Positions 27,601-41,000 of a stretch of DNA of 64,000 nt are shown here, in pieces. How positions within the stretch are numbered: position 1 is the first letter of the stretch; every line of letters begins with the position of its first letter. Source of the DNA: Podarcis gaigeae (lineage: Eukaryota); assembly GCA_964106915.2 (NCBI GenBank), contig OZ066916.1, one strand, 5' to 3'. The notes under the pieces were generated by a model. The model was not told the origin of the DNA and did no database searches. It saw only the letters and a list, made by a program, of their open reading frames with translations. A program made the translations under genes and the position numbers.

Positions 27601-30600
27601 TTAAGCACTAAAGGTGGCTCACTGATTTACTAACAACTGCAAGCATTGATTTGGCTTCATAATGGAAGGAGTATTCCTCCCTCCCCCCCCCCCGCCCTGC
27701 TCAATCTGATCAGTTTTATAGCATCAGATATACGGAAGTAATGCAGAAATGCCATGGGATGGTGTCCAGTTCTGTCCCCTCTGCTCAACAAAGACTCTTT
27801 GCCCCAGTGGATGCTTCTGTGACTAGAAGGGAGGGGAAAGCAATTTGTGCAATTTTTTGCAAACTTCCCCCTTTCTTCTGCATTGCCTCCTCCTTTTCCA
27901 AAGTGTTCCCTAACCCTCTGGATCAGGAATTCTTTTTTGTGTGTGGGGGGGGGGTGTCACAGCAGGCTACAGAGAAAAGGGAGAAATAAGCAAAAATTGT
28001 CTTATGACTTCCCCCTTCTGTTCACGGAAGTGTCTGCTGGAGCAAAGGACCTCCTTGAGTAAGATGGGAGAGAACTGTATAATCCAGTTTCCTTTGAAAC
28101 AGTAAATGATGCTCTACTCCTTGAATTTCTCTCTTTGATCTGGTACATGATTTGTAACAGAGATTCAATGACGTTTATCCAATGTGGTTTTCTATATTTA
28201 TGATAATTTCTTTCTAACAACACAGTTGCGCTTACCTGCAGAAGTTAACATTGTCCATCAAGAGCCATTCTCCGGACTGTAAAGCCTGAACCAACATCCC
28301 ATCAACCCATTCAAATGTGCCATGGTTGCTGCTGCTCATATACTGAATAACCTGCAGCTTGAAGTGCCGAAATTCTTCTACAAGTCTTGAAAACTCTAAA
28401 ATTGGGGGGGGGGGGGAGAGATACTTAGAATACGATTCAATGAACCAATAAGCCAGTACTCAAGATTCACACAGAGTGCTTTTCACAACTACATTTAGTC
28501 TAGTATCCTTCACCAACTTAGACAAACGGTCCCTCTTTCTTTGTTCAGTTGTGATCATAAGATCTTTGCATGAGCTTCGACAAGATGTGATGTCTAAACT
28601 AATGCATGTAGATCAACCAGGTTTTCATTAAAAAGGGAGAATGTCTTTAATATTCACAGAATGATAAACATAATAGACTATTGCTAACTGGTGTGGGGGA
28701 GCGGAGCAATCATAACTGTGATGGAGGCTGGAAAAATCTTTAAGGAAGCAAATAATTATGCTTTGTGCTTCCGCAGATTATGTAGCTTTAATAAATATGG
28801 ACCTGGGTGGCTTGCTCACAAGTGCTCTATGTGCATTCATCACTGTACATGTAAAGTTCCTGCACACTTCGGCTGAATGCCAGTGGGTGCAGGAGAATAG
28901 AGAGGTGGGTGCACACGTGTCTAGACCATGGTCACATTTGTACACATTTATCTCAGTTGACAACTGCTCCATAAAGACACACCATCTCTCGCCATGAAAA
29001 TGTCTTCCTTGTAACATCAGAGCAGTCTTTAAAATGCTTTGTGGTTTTTGCCTTCTCTGGTGGCATGCAGCAACTGGAATTTGCACATGCTTAGTTGATG
29101 ACATTTTAAAAGGGAAAAACGCTATCACTTCCTACTGCTTCTGTGCATACCTGGCTTTGAGTAGGAGCTGATCTTGTTGTTCAGCCGCTGGACCAGTGCA
29201 AGGACTCCCTCCAATTTGTTCACCAGTTCAATGGTTATGTTTTGATTCCCTTCCCCAAGGGACTTTGGCTTGAAATTTAGAACGAAACTGCTCCAGGCAC
29301 GCAGCACAATTTCAGCATCTTCTGGACAGATAGCAGTGAGGAGGAGGCTGTCCCTTAGAAGTGTGCTTACAACGTTCTCCACCTTCTCCAGCAAGCTCTT
29401 CCAAGGCCTAATGATGTCAACCTATAGGACATTTATTACATTGGTCACTGCTTGAAGCACCACTTCCCACTGGGTTCCTTCAGCACGGTTTTGGAAACCA
29501 CTTAGAGGTGTTTCTTTCTTGCTTTCAGTTAAGACATTTAAACTTTGCCCATTCATATACTCCTCAAATTTAAGTTAAGTGGTATCTTGTATGCACTTGA
29601 CTTGTCCTTATTCCCAAATTTAAAAAATGCACACTTACTTGCTCAAATCCACCTAACAGCTCGGTTGTATCCATAGAACTGTTCATCGCCATGATCTTCA
29701 ACTGATGACCTGTCAGATATGCTAGAAGCTGAATGAGGCTGGTCTTGCCAGCAGCCGCAGGGCCTACCAATATCACCATCCAACTCATATGCACACATTT
29801 CATGATGGACTCCAAGGGCTGGAGTGAATGGTGAAGCAGGGATAAGTTTCTGCCAGGAGGAGGAGCATAGTTTGCACGGGAGAGGATTGAGAAACCAACC
29901 TTCAGTAGAATTAAAAACAAAATAAGCAAGTGCATTAGTGTGCATGTATAGTGTGGAGCAGAAATTCAAGAAGATGCCCAAGTAGCAGCAACTTTTGTTC
30001 TCTCTCACCTGGACGTCATAGGGAGTGATGTGGAACTGTCTGGAACCCATATATGGTTCAGCATCCTGACCAAAAATGTCCCTGAATAGACACACTACCT
30101 AAAACAAACAAACAAACAAACAAAAAACAGATGAAAGATCACATTTATAACAAATGCTGAAATCCTTATATTCTAATTCTGCAGCAACTCTCAAATGAAC
30201 GATTTCAAAAGAAACCGGGGAAAGTCCAAATGGGTTGTTTGTTGAAGTCTGAAGTCACCTGCTTCAGGATACAGATCTGCCCAGCTTGTAATGCTCAGGT
30301 GCAACCTGAACTAAGCCTCAGCTTGAGAGAAGCTGGAATGCAAAACTAGACTGCCAATGAGTTTTCAATTGCCCCTCAAAACCACATTTATTTTTCACGC
30401 CATTTTTCTGAGCACTAATAATAAGCAAAACGAGAACAGCATTCTGCAAATCCACTAAAGGCTGATTGTGGTATCTGAGAGTTGCTGGCACAGGACACAG
30501 CAAGAAAGCTGTGGGATCATTTTGTCTGATCAAACTCCCTAATCACAATGAAATTACACTTAGGTAGGTTCCTTTTCCACACACTTGCTGTAAGCCCTCT

Positions 30601-32007
30601 TACCCAATGTACCAGGAGTTTAATCTATCTCTAACACATCCTTAGCACGTGAATGGTGATAAAACGACATGAGGTCCCTTCAAATCCTGCACCTGCTTAA
30701 CTGAAATGCTAATTCAAGGCCTTGGAGGAAAGTAGATAATCTTAAATAGAAGTCATTAAGTGTTTCAAATAATGTGGGAAAAGGTACCCAAAAAAATTCA
30801 GTAAAATTTGTGTTTAAGATCCAAGAATGGTCTAACATATCCATACTTGTAAAACAGAAAAGACTAATAGGATTAAGCACATTTTTCATGCTCCTTACCT
30901 TCTCCTTGTCTGTATTTGTTCTCATTCTTTCCCCGTATATCAAGAACATGTGTTGGCCTGGATCGTAACTGCCAGGTGACTGGTCAACAAGCATCAGCTG
31001 ACACCATCGGAAAAGGTCACGCAGATTAAACTCCCAAGGTCCACCTTTATGCCCCCACTTCTTCTCAATCATAACTTCTTGATCAACCTGAATAACGTAC
31101 CAGTTCAAAAGATTAAAAACTCAGACGTGTTTCAGCTCATGGTAGATTATTAAAACGCCATTGCACAAGAAAGCATTCATCGCGCCAAGCATTCAACTTA
31201 ATTTACTGCTCTTCTAAGCTACCACCACTCTTTACCGTCCATTCAAAATCTTTATGGAATGCTCTTGTTCCAGAATAACTGGGGAAACCTAAACACATAC
31301 AACATGCAGTTGTCTTACCTTGGAAACACATGTATGATTATATGCCTACTTGCTAGGGGGAAAGCCTCAAAGAAACTTTTATGTGAACTCAGACGTAGTA
31401 AGCCTCAGCCACACAAATGGAACATGCCATAGGAAGAAAAAAAGGGAAGTTCTGTCCGACATATTAGGCAACAAAAAATGAAATACAAACCCAGTCTGCA
31501 ATGGCTGTTATCTGTGGAGCCCAGCTAGTTTACATGCCACTGCAACTCCAGAGTTGAAAATGACTACAAATGAAGTTTGTCTCAATACATGTTCGGATGA
31601 AAACTGTGACCAGCTTTTCACATACCGTATTTTTCTCTCTATAACACGCAGATTTTTTCTCCTAAAAAGGAAGGGGAAATGTCTGTGTGTGTTATTGAGC
31701 GAATGTGGGGGGGGGGGGTGTCCCTGGAGCCGACTAGGGGAGCGCAGGAACAAAAATCAGCAAAAATCAAATCGCGCGTTGCATCGGAGAAGGGAAACCT
31801 GAAAAGAGGAAGTTGCTGCTTTCCTGCATTCTGCCTCAGGGTCTTACTGCCCACCCTCTTGTGTTTCATTGCTGTGTTTGCCCAAACGGAACAAAGAGCA
31901 GGCAAATCCCCTCCCCTCCAGGCAAGCAGAGGGGAAAGCAGAGCGTCCTTCTCTCTAATTCCTCTCCGTGCTCTGGCTGTGCTCGCAGGCAGCCAGAAAA
32001 CATGCAG

Positions 32008-32038
<31 letters not shown>

Positions 32039-35000
32039 AGGGAGGGAGGGAGGGCTGGCTTCGGTTTGGGGAAACTTTTGCCTTTCTTTCCTCCCTCCCG
32101 TTAAATCCCTCTCCTGCATTCTTAGCCATCTGCTTCTCTGCAAACCGCTCTCGTGCTCCTTGTCCCTTCTGTGTTTTTCCTTCCCTCCCCACTTAAAATG
32201 TAGTTACAAAGCATGGATCCACATGGATCCTCAGGATCTTTGGATTGGGCCACCCCAAATTCACCATCAGATCACATAGCAGCCTGCCCCCCCAAAATCA
32301 CACATCCCTGTTGCCTGGGGCTGCAATGGTGCAAAAATGTGGTTAAAAAGCATAGATCCACATGGATCCTCAGGATCTTTGCATTGGGTCACCCCAAATT
32401 CACCATCAGATCACACAGCATGTCCATGGCTACAGCCTGCCCCCCCAAAAACCACGCACCCACTGTTGCCTGGGGCTGCAATGGTACAAAAATGTGGTTA
32501 AAAAGCATGGATCCACATGGATGCTCAGGATCTTTGCATTGGGCTACCCCAAATTCACCATCAGATCACATGTCTGTGGCCACAGCATGAAGCACAAAAA
32601 TGATACATCTACTGTTTCATTCAGAATTGTTTTCCTTGTTTTCCTCCTCTAAAAACAATGTGCGTGTTATGGTCAGGTGCGTGTTATAGAGCGAAAAATA
32701 CGGTAGTTGCAGCAGTCATTGGCTTGGACTTGTGGGGACAGTCACCAGAACCCTGAAGTCCCTCTCCTTAAGAAGACCATTCACATCATCAAGAGGAGTT
32801 TCAGGAATTATACTTACCATGTTGTTAAATTCAACCATTTTTGCAATAATCTTTTTGTCAATAGCAGGAAACAGGGTATTTCCAATGTACTCCATGTCTG
32901 CGGATGAGAGAGGGTCCACGAAAACCTACATCATCAATATAATTAAATGGGGTGGGAGGTGAGACTCAAGTATTATTTTTATGTAGACACAGAAAAATGC
33001 ACAGTGCGCTTGCAAATGAAATAAAAATGATTCCATTTAGAAAGGAACTGCAAGGAGGACAAGAGAAATAGTTTTAAATGACATTATGGACTTGCCTGTG
33101 TGAATCTGTTCAGAAAAGATTTGGGCAACCCCTTTCTGCCACCTCCTTGCCTGTAGGGATTCTGGCATCCAAAGATCTTTGTTTTCTTGTGTTGCACATG
33201 GAAGCTCATTCCCAACTCAGGAATGTAAATCTCTGCCCGATGGTCAAAACAAGCATTCAGGCCTTCTAGTACCGACTGAGAAGCCAAGTTCAGCTATTTG
33301 AGAGAAACCAACAGGAAAATTTACACTGCCCCTCTTCTTCACAACACACACTTTTGCCCACAAAACACCTTTAAATCTATAGCAAATAAGCAAAAGTACT
33401 GTAGTTAGCTCAGGAAAAGTTAACTTCAGATTAACACAAATGCCCTGGTTATTTAGCTACTCTTTTGGCTTCAAGCTCCTTTTGCACAACTCAAAAGAGC
33501 AACAGCATAGCCCAGGGACGTCCAACTCCCAAAGACTGTGATCTACTCACACTATAAAAAAAACTGGCAATGATCTACCCATTGTTGTTGGATGGACCAA
33601 AGTTGTTGAGCTTTTTAGGAGGCCAAAGCTGTTGAGCTTCTTTGGGGGGGAGGGGGAGGAGGAGATCACTGAGGGGCCTGAGATCTACCAGGATCTACCA
33701 GTAGATCATGATCTACCTGTTGGACACGCCTGGCATAGCCTAAAGGTAAATACAACTGTGAAGTCAATGAGGCTGTCGGAATCCACCCAGATAAATGCCA
33801 TTGCTCAGGGGTAGAGTAGATGCCTTGTGTGCAAAAAAAGGTCCCAAGAATCAATGGCTAGCATCTTCAAGTGGCACTGTTTGAAACCCTGAGCTGGATG
33901 GACCAATATTATAAAGCCACTTCCTATGGATTCTATTAAGAAAGTGTTGATTTCAAGCTAATTCAGCCCTAAGACGGCACTTAAAAGGTAAGTAGTAGTT
34001 TTAATCTTCTGTAAACTGCAGCACATCCATGACACAGAACTCAAGCTGTTTGTCCACAAAATCGCCTTCTGTAACTGCCACCCCAGAAAAAGCAAGTGTG
34101 TGTTCTCCCACTGGAAAACTGAAGATAAAATCTGAGCAGCCTCTTAAATAAATGGGAGCAGCAGACTGTTCCAGGATACTTTCTCCACGTAAGGAGAATG
34201 CACTGTTAACTTTACCATGTTTGGATAAGATCCTTTTAAAGTCCCCAAACAGCAAACTGAGACAGCTAGAGACCTCATTTTCCAAAAAAGGAACGAAAAT
34301 CCTTTTTCTGTGCTACATTAAGCTGAACTCACCTCATCTAATACAATCCAGTGTCCAGCTTTCAATGCTGCAAGCAAAGGTCCATCACGCCAGGCAAATT
34401 CCCCTCCTTTGCCCCCTTCAACAGGTAAGTCTGTGCCAAACAAATCTGTGACGTCCTGATCAGAAGGAAGAAAAGTCAAGGTTTCCAAATGCATGTGAAA
34501 CAATTGCAATTTAGAAAACGCTCTCCTAGGCTTGCAGTAATAATCCAGTAGCATTTATACCAAGAGTTATAAATATTTTGTTCTATGCATCTGTTGCATC
34601 AGCCAGTAAGTGCATTCTATGAACAAAAATGAAACCCAAGAGTAATTTTAAAAATAAAGAAAAATAATTCTAAACCATTAAGATTTTAACCAATATTCAA
34701 GCAGCAAACTTTGATCAAGGTTCTTTGCATCTGTATTTTAGGCAGTTTGTTTTGATCATTCACACCAATAGATGGATCACAATTCTAGCAGAATGTGTCC
34801 CTTTACTAGACAGGAAAAGGAATATAATGCTTCCTCTTAGAATTAATCAACAATACACCCATTATTAAACATACCTATTTCTAAGCATCTTCCCCCTCCC
34901 CAATCAATTAGGAGTATTGTGAAAACTTAACACCTGTTAACTTGCAAGTATAGACTCTCACATTCACAAGTACAGGTATTTCAGTGGAGACCACAGTAAT

Positions 35001-38000
35001 CCCTACCTACCGTTTGTTCAGAAAGATTGATTCTAACAAGGCAATTTCCAGAAGCCTTTGCCAAGGCTGCTACTAGGCTGGTTTTCCCAACACCTGGAGA
35101 GCCTTCCAGGAGAATGGGCTTGTTAAGTTGCAAGGCCCTTAACAACCGCTGTGCATTCATTGCTGTAGTTCCTGCATTTAGAGCGTAGTCTGAGACATTG
35201 TTCTTCTGGTAAATAGGGCCTACAGCACAGAGAAAGCAAATAAAAAATTAATTAGATTACAGGGTAAGATGATCAATATTTTTGCTCCAGTGAAAGTACT
35301 AGCTCATCAGACAGAATAATGGTACCAGATCAACATTCATCTTGATGAGAAGGGAGTTTCCTCCAGTTTTGTTTTTTGTATTTTTGCAATCTCCCCAAAT
35401 CTCCCCTCTTTTTAATGGGTGGTGCAGGCTTAGCTATATTAAGCAACGGCACTCCTGTCTTAACATCTGAAATACACAGAATTATGATACTTAACAATTC
35501 TAACTACAGATTGTGGAGTAAAATATTTGAATGCTCCGCCATTAAAGCTCTTAAAAACTCCATGCATATGGAAAGCTAGCATGCCAGAGCGAAGTCTAAG
35601 CTAAGTGCCTTCATCTGAGAAAAGAGCATTCAAGCACTCAATTAGAAATGGAAGGGTCTTGGAAGGACTGTAACAAATAATTTTTTCTGCATGTTTGTCA
35701 TGTCTCACGCATTCTGCTCTTAAGTCATCGTAAGCGGCACATCACCATTCAAATTGTACAGCAGCAGCAACAGCAGCAGCAACACCACCAAAAGAGTTCC
35801 TTGCCTGTTGGTATGAAAAATGGGTGGATTCCTATGTGGTTCTCCATCCAAACCATTTCCCTTTCCCTCTTCAGGTCATATATTTTCAGCTCATTCTTCT
35901 GAACCTCAGTGAGTTGCACTACTTCGGAAATTTTCCCACACAAATATTCCAGGCATTTTTCACGAGCCAAAGCAGCTGAGCCAGCTGAACAGGACATGGT
36001 GCCTACATAGGGGGTAGAGGGAAGAAGAGATCATAGTTATATGTCAATGGTGGAAATGAACATATAGTTAACAGTAAGATATGGCCAAAATCTGTAGACA
36101 GGTTGTAATGCACACTCTGTAGCACAAACACTATACTTTGCTTGCATGCGTCTTGAGACTGTTTACTATTTTTGTTCCAAAATGACAAACTTGCTTTAAA
36201 CCATTGCGTAGTTCTCATCCAGGGGTTGAGGGACCCCCTCCCCAATAAACGATCTGAACTATTCAGAGATAAAGCAAAGAAACTGAAGACATACCTGAAC
36301 CTATTCCATCTATGTACACCAGACATGCAGCATGGACAAATGTTGTCACTGGACAGACGCTAAAAAGCTGGTGCTCCTCTGAAGAACTGGATAGTTTGTC
36401 TTGCGCCATAGCATTCATGAAGCTGACCCACGACAAAACATCCCGGATGCTGAGGATACAGTGGTGTCCAAATTCTTGATTGGTCAGCCACTCTATGAAA
36501 TCCATCATGAGCCCTGCAATATCTGTCCCTGGGAAAGGTGATTAGATGGAGAGAAGAGAAAAAATACATAAGACACAGACCTGAAACAGAATATGTTTTG
36601 CAGTAATTCACAATGACCCACAAGGGATGCAGAGGCCTCTGTACATAATTTTTGCAAGATAACTGAATAGAAGTGCTTAAATGTTTTTACATAAATATTT
36701 GCAAAAGTAGAAAGGGTTGAATGCTTTAAAAAAAACAAAACCATCCACAAGTAAATCAGCAGATGCAAAATTCAAAACATGCTTTGATCCTGCAACTTCA
36801 TTGGTCTCTTTGTCCACAGTGACTGAACTTTGGCCCAGACTATTACTTTAAGCCTAGAGGACAAACATTCATCTTAATGCAGAGAATATAGCCAAGGATA
36901 GAAAAAATAAGTGTATGTTTCATCAGCACTACTTATTTTTTCATCCTTCATTTAAAACCTTGGATAATAAAGAACCTAGGTCAGACCTGTATAACATGCA
37001 CATATATTTGGACTAGAACAATCCCTAGATGTTCAATTTGCAAGAGCTTTTTCCGACAGCAACTTACAGCTGTGTTCAAATGAGGTCTGTGGTGACAATA
37101 TGCATAGCAGCCTCTGCCTATACCACAGAATCTAGTCACTGAATTCCAAACTTTTTTTTATCCCTTTCAACGTACTAAGAGCTCGAACTGTTCTTCCTTA
37201 AATCACTGTCCAGGCAAAGATAAAATTTAAGCAAAAGGAAACTGATTTTGCACTTAAAATGACCCCAGTATTATGCAAATATATTTCAATTCCACAATCT
37301 AGGTTTATCAAGTATAGAATTTGGAACATACAGCATCTGAAACATACTCAAAGGTAAGCACTCCTATATTCAATTTGTCATACTGCCAGATAAACATGCA
37401 TTGGACTAAATCTCAAGTGAAAAATTGCAGTGTCGCAAGATCACACCTTTTTGCAATTTCTGTTATCTGCTAGTCGCGTCTGAACAACAGGTAAGTGGTA
37501 CCTTCAGTCTGTGCCATTTGTAGCAGGAGTCCCATGGGACTTCTCCACAGGAATATTATTCAGCTTAGAGAAAAACCTATGGGCAGCGTTTAAGAGAGTG
37601 AGACTATTTCAGAACCGCCTGAACTAACTTCTTAGCTTTTAGAATCTGAGAGAAGCTGACTTGCAAGAACAGAAGGTCTTTTAGAAGGAAACCCCACTGG
37701 GACACAGAAACGGAGGAGTGCAGGCTGGTTACTGGGGAGAAAGGTACTCAGAAGTGATTGCAGACATTTTTCAGCAACAAAACCACTTCACTGGTTTTGA
37801 AACTGCTTTAGCAGTTTCATAAAAGTCTCTTTTGACTGTTAACATCTTTTCTGTTCTTTCTTTTTTCTATTCTCTTCCTGGCCTACAAAGGATGGAAAAT
37901 CCTGCCTGAATGTGATTAAACCAGCAGAGCATGGCAGCCCTAAAACTCACTAGAGTAAGAAGAGAAAGCTTTAAGGAAGAGGGGAGAGGTGCTTCTTAAT

Positions 38001-41000
38001 CTGGCCAACACTGGCATGTGACCCTCGTGCTGAAAAGGTCTCCCATTACTGATATAAGCAGAGGGACACCCAGAGAGAATAAGTAGGTGATGGAGTTGGT
38101 GAACAAATATCTCTGATATTTACCTATGTCATTCTGTTTGGCAAAGCAGAGTCCTGGATGAAGATTATGGTTTACAATTTGCATTAAATCCATACGGTTG
38201 TTACTTTGCGGACACCATATTTCTGTAAATCTATTACGCAAGGCAGGCGACAGCTATGGGCAAGAAAATATTAAGTGCAGTTATTATGAAGGGAACTGCT
38301 CAGAGGAAAATTTAAGAATCCTCAAAGAGGGTTACTGGGATAAAAAGAGAAAACAGAAGAATTATAAAACGAGGGAAAACATATTGCTATAAATAATGTG
38401 TAAGAGAGTATCAAAAAGCACAATAGGTTAGAATAGTGTGTGTCAAAGAACAAAACTGCATAAAAATGAGTTTTACTTTTTTAAAATGAATGTTTTATTA
38501 GACCTAATTTATCCTTAGAAAAACGATTTACTCATACAAACATACTTGCAGCTTAATAGTCTTGATATTTTATGACATTCTCAGAGGAGAATGACATTAA
38601 TTCCTGCCCCTGAAATTCCTAATAGTCTTATAATATGATTTACTACAGGATCCCAAACCAACCCACACTTCTTTATGCTGCATTTTCTTCATCATCACTA
38701 ATTTTATTACCGTATTTTGCGCACGATTGGACGCACCGGACCATAGGACACACCTAGTTTTTTGGAGGGGAAATAAAGGGGGAAAAAATCCCTTTATTTC
38801 CCCCCCAAAAGCAGGTCAGGGAAACCGAACCAGGTCGAGGAACAGCGGGATAGTGGCGCTGCGCCTCCCTGCTGTCCCCCGAGCTTGTGGGGCTGGCTGA
38901 TGTCTGCCTGGCGTGCGGGGCGCTCTGCTTCAGCGGGCCCCACCTGCCAGGCAGCAGGCTGCTATCCGCAGCGTGGGGAGCCCTGCGGGGAACTCCTGCA
39001 GGGCTCCCCACGCTGCGGATGTGTTCCCGAAGTGCCGGGCGCTCTGCTTTCAGGGCGCCCGACACTCCGGGAAGCAGGCTGCTATCCGCAGCGTGGGGAG
39101 CCCTGCGGGGAACTCCTGCAGGGCTCCCCACGCTGCGGATGTTTGCCTGGCGCGAGGGGCGCTCTGCTTCAGGGCGCCCTACCCGGCAGGCAGCAGGCTG
39201 CTATCCGCAGCATGGGGAGCCCTGCGGGGAACTCCTGCAAGGCTCCCCACGCTGCGGATGTGTTCCCGAAGCGCCGGGTGCTCTGCTTTCAGGGCGCCCG
39301 ACACTCCGGGAAGCAGGCTGCTATCCGCAGCCTAGACACGGCTAGCGGAACGCTAATCCCGAAGCTTGGGGCGTGCGGAGCTCAGCGCGCCCCAAGCTTC
39401 TGGGTGCCGGCAAGGTCTAGACGGCTAGCGGAGACCTTGCCGGCACTCAGAAGCTTGGGGCACGCTGAGCTCCGCACACCCCAAGCTTCGGGATTAATGC
39501 AGCGCTCCGCTAGCCGTGGGAGAGCTGGGTCTCCCACGGCTAGCGGATAGCTTCCTGAAGCCTGGAGAGCGAGAGGGGTCGGTGCGCACCGACCCCTCTC
39601 ACTCTCCAGGCTTCAGCGAAAGCCTGCATTCGCTCCATAGGATGCACACACATTTTCCCTTGCTTTTTAGGAAGGAAAAATGCGTCCTATGGTGCGAAAA
39701 ATACGGTAATCTCAACCATTTCCACATTTTTCCGATTAATTCTATCTATCTAGGAAATAACACATTTACTCAGTTCCAACAATCAAACAATCAACAATCA
39801 AATTAGCTGTCAGAGCTCCATGTGGAGCTAGGTCGGGGCAGGGAATCTTTTTTCAGTCTGATGGCCACCTTCCCCTGCAAAGGATCACTATGTGGTGAAA
39901 CAAATGAGATATGAATTTATACTGAAACAGCTTTTCCTAACCGTATAATATTATTTTGGTACTCTTTACTCCTTGAAATGTAACCTACTTGACTTGAAAG
40001 GCCTGGTAGTAAGAGCTTTCCTGTCTCTTCCTCCCTGTAGTAATTAGGTCATAAATAAAATAACTGGGAGTGTGAATGTGTGTGGTCTTTCTTACAGGTA
40101 AGGGCATGGGGCTCCCAAGCAGCTGTAGCCTGCGAAGGACAGCCGTGTGATAAGGAAAATGTAACTATCAAAGAGCCTGGGGTCCGGGAAAGGTAGGGTG
40201 TGGGACTGGTTGCAATGCCTTACAAGCTTCTAGAAAAACCCTAAGACTAAGTCGGAATAGGCATTTTTTTCATTCCTAAAACCGCAGGTAATTGAAAGTG
40301 GCGGCCAGCACAGAACGGCATTTTCTTACATTACCTCTTTCTTCCCAAAGTCGCCGCCAGGATTCATTGTGGCTAAAATGCGAAACTTCTTTCCTGCAGT
40401 CAGCAGTTCTACTTCATTGTCCTCACTGGCTTTTTCAGCCAACACTAGCATCTTTTCAGTTTCAAGGACGCTGAAATAAAACCACGTTCTCAGTATTTGC
40501 TCTCGTTAAATTTCCAAATATCCATACCAAACACTAGAGACTTGCCTAATCGACAGAAGCTTTGCAACTCTTGTTGTTTAGAAGAGCAGCAAGAATCAGA
40601 AGAAGCCAGGGAAAAGTTAAGATTTGTCCAATTTGCATTTGTGAATGACACGCCAAGGCAACAGACTAAAAAATGTCCAGTTTTCAAGTGCATACCTATT
40701 TAGTCTTTCTAGAACAGAATCATCCGCCAATGAAATCTCATCCATGAGAAAAAAGCCATCCTCTCTCATTGCTAAGACAAGGGCTCCATCATGCCATTCA
40801 AACAGCCTAGAACCATCAAACTCCTGTTTGAAAGAAAAAGGGAAAGTCTGATCAAGTGTGTGTGTGTACATACATACATACATACATACATACATTTACA
40901 GACACGGACTTGGTGGATTTTTCAAGCTCTCAATTATATCAGGCACCATAATGCCAACTTACCTCATCCTTTGATCTCTGCCTGACGGGTCGCAGTCCAC

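Noticed and set aside
35749-35804. Poly-Cys C-terminus of ORF 35749-35997
   Set aside because: Read-through past the GC donor into an intronic (CAG/CAA)n microsatellite.
38895-39330. CRISPR-like repeat-spacer array
   Set aside because: Vertebrate intron with no cas genes; repeats are too long and the spacers are themselves repeated and palindromic.
38754-39550. Several overlapping long ORFs (125-221 aa) on both strands
   Set aside because: By-product of GC-rich tandem palindromes inside a TIR element; peptides are repetitive with no transposase or other domain.
38710-39706. CpG-island promoter
   Set aside because: CpG richness ends at the transposon termini, which indicates a young insertion; no independent promoter evidence. 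The MDN1 promoter lies beyond the right edge.
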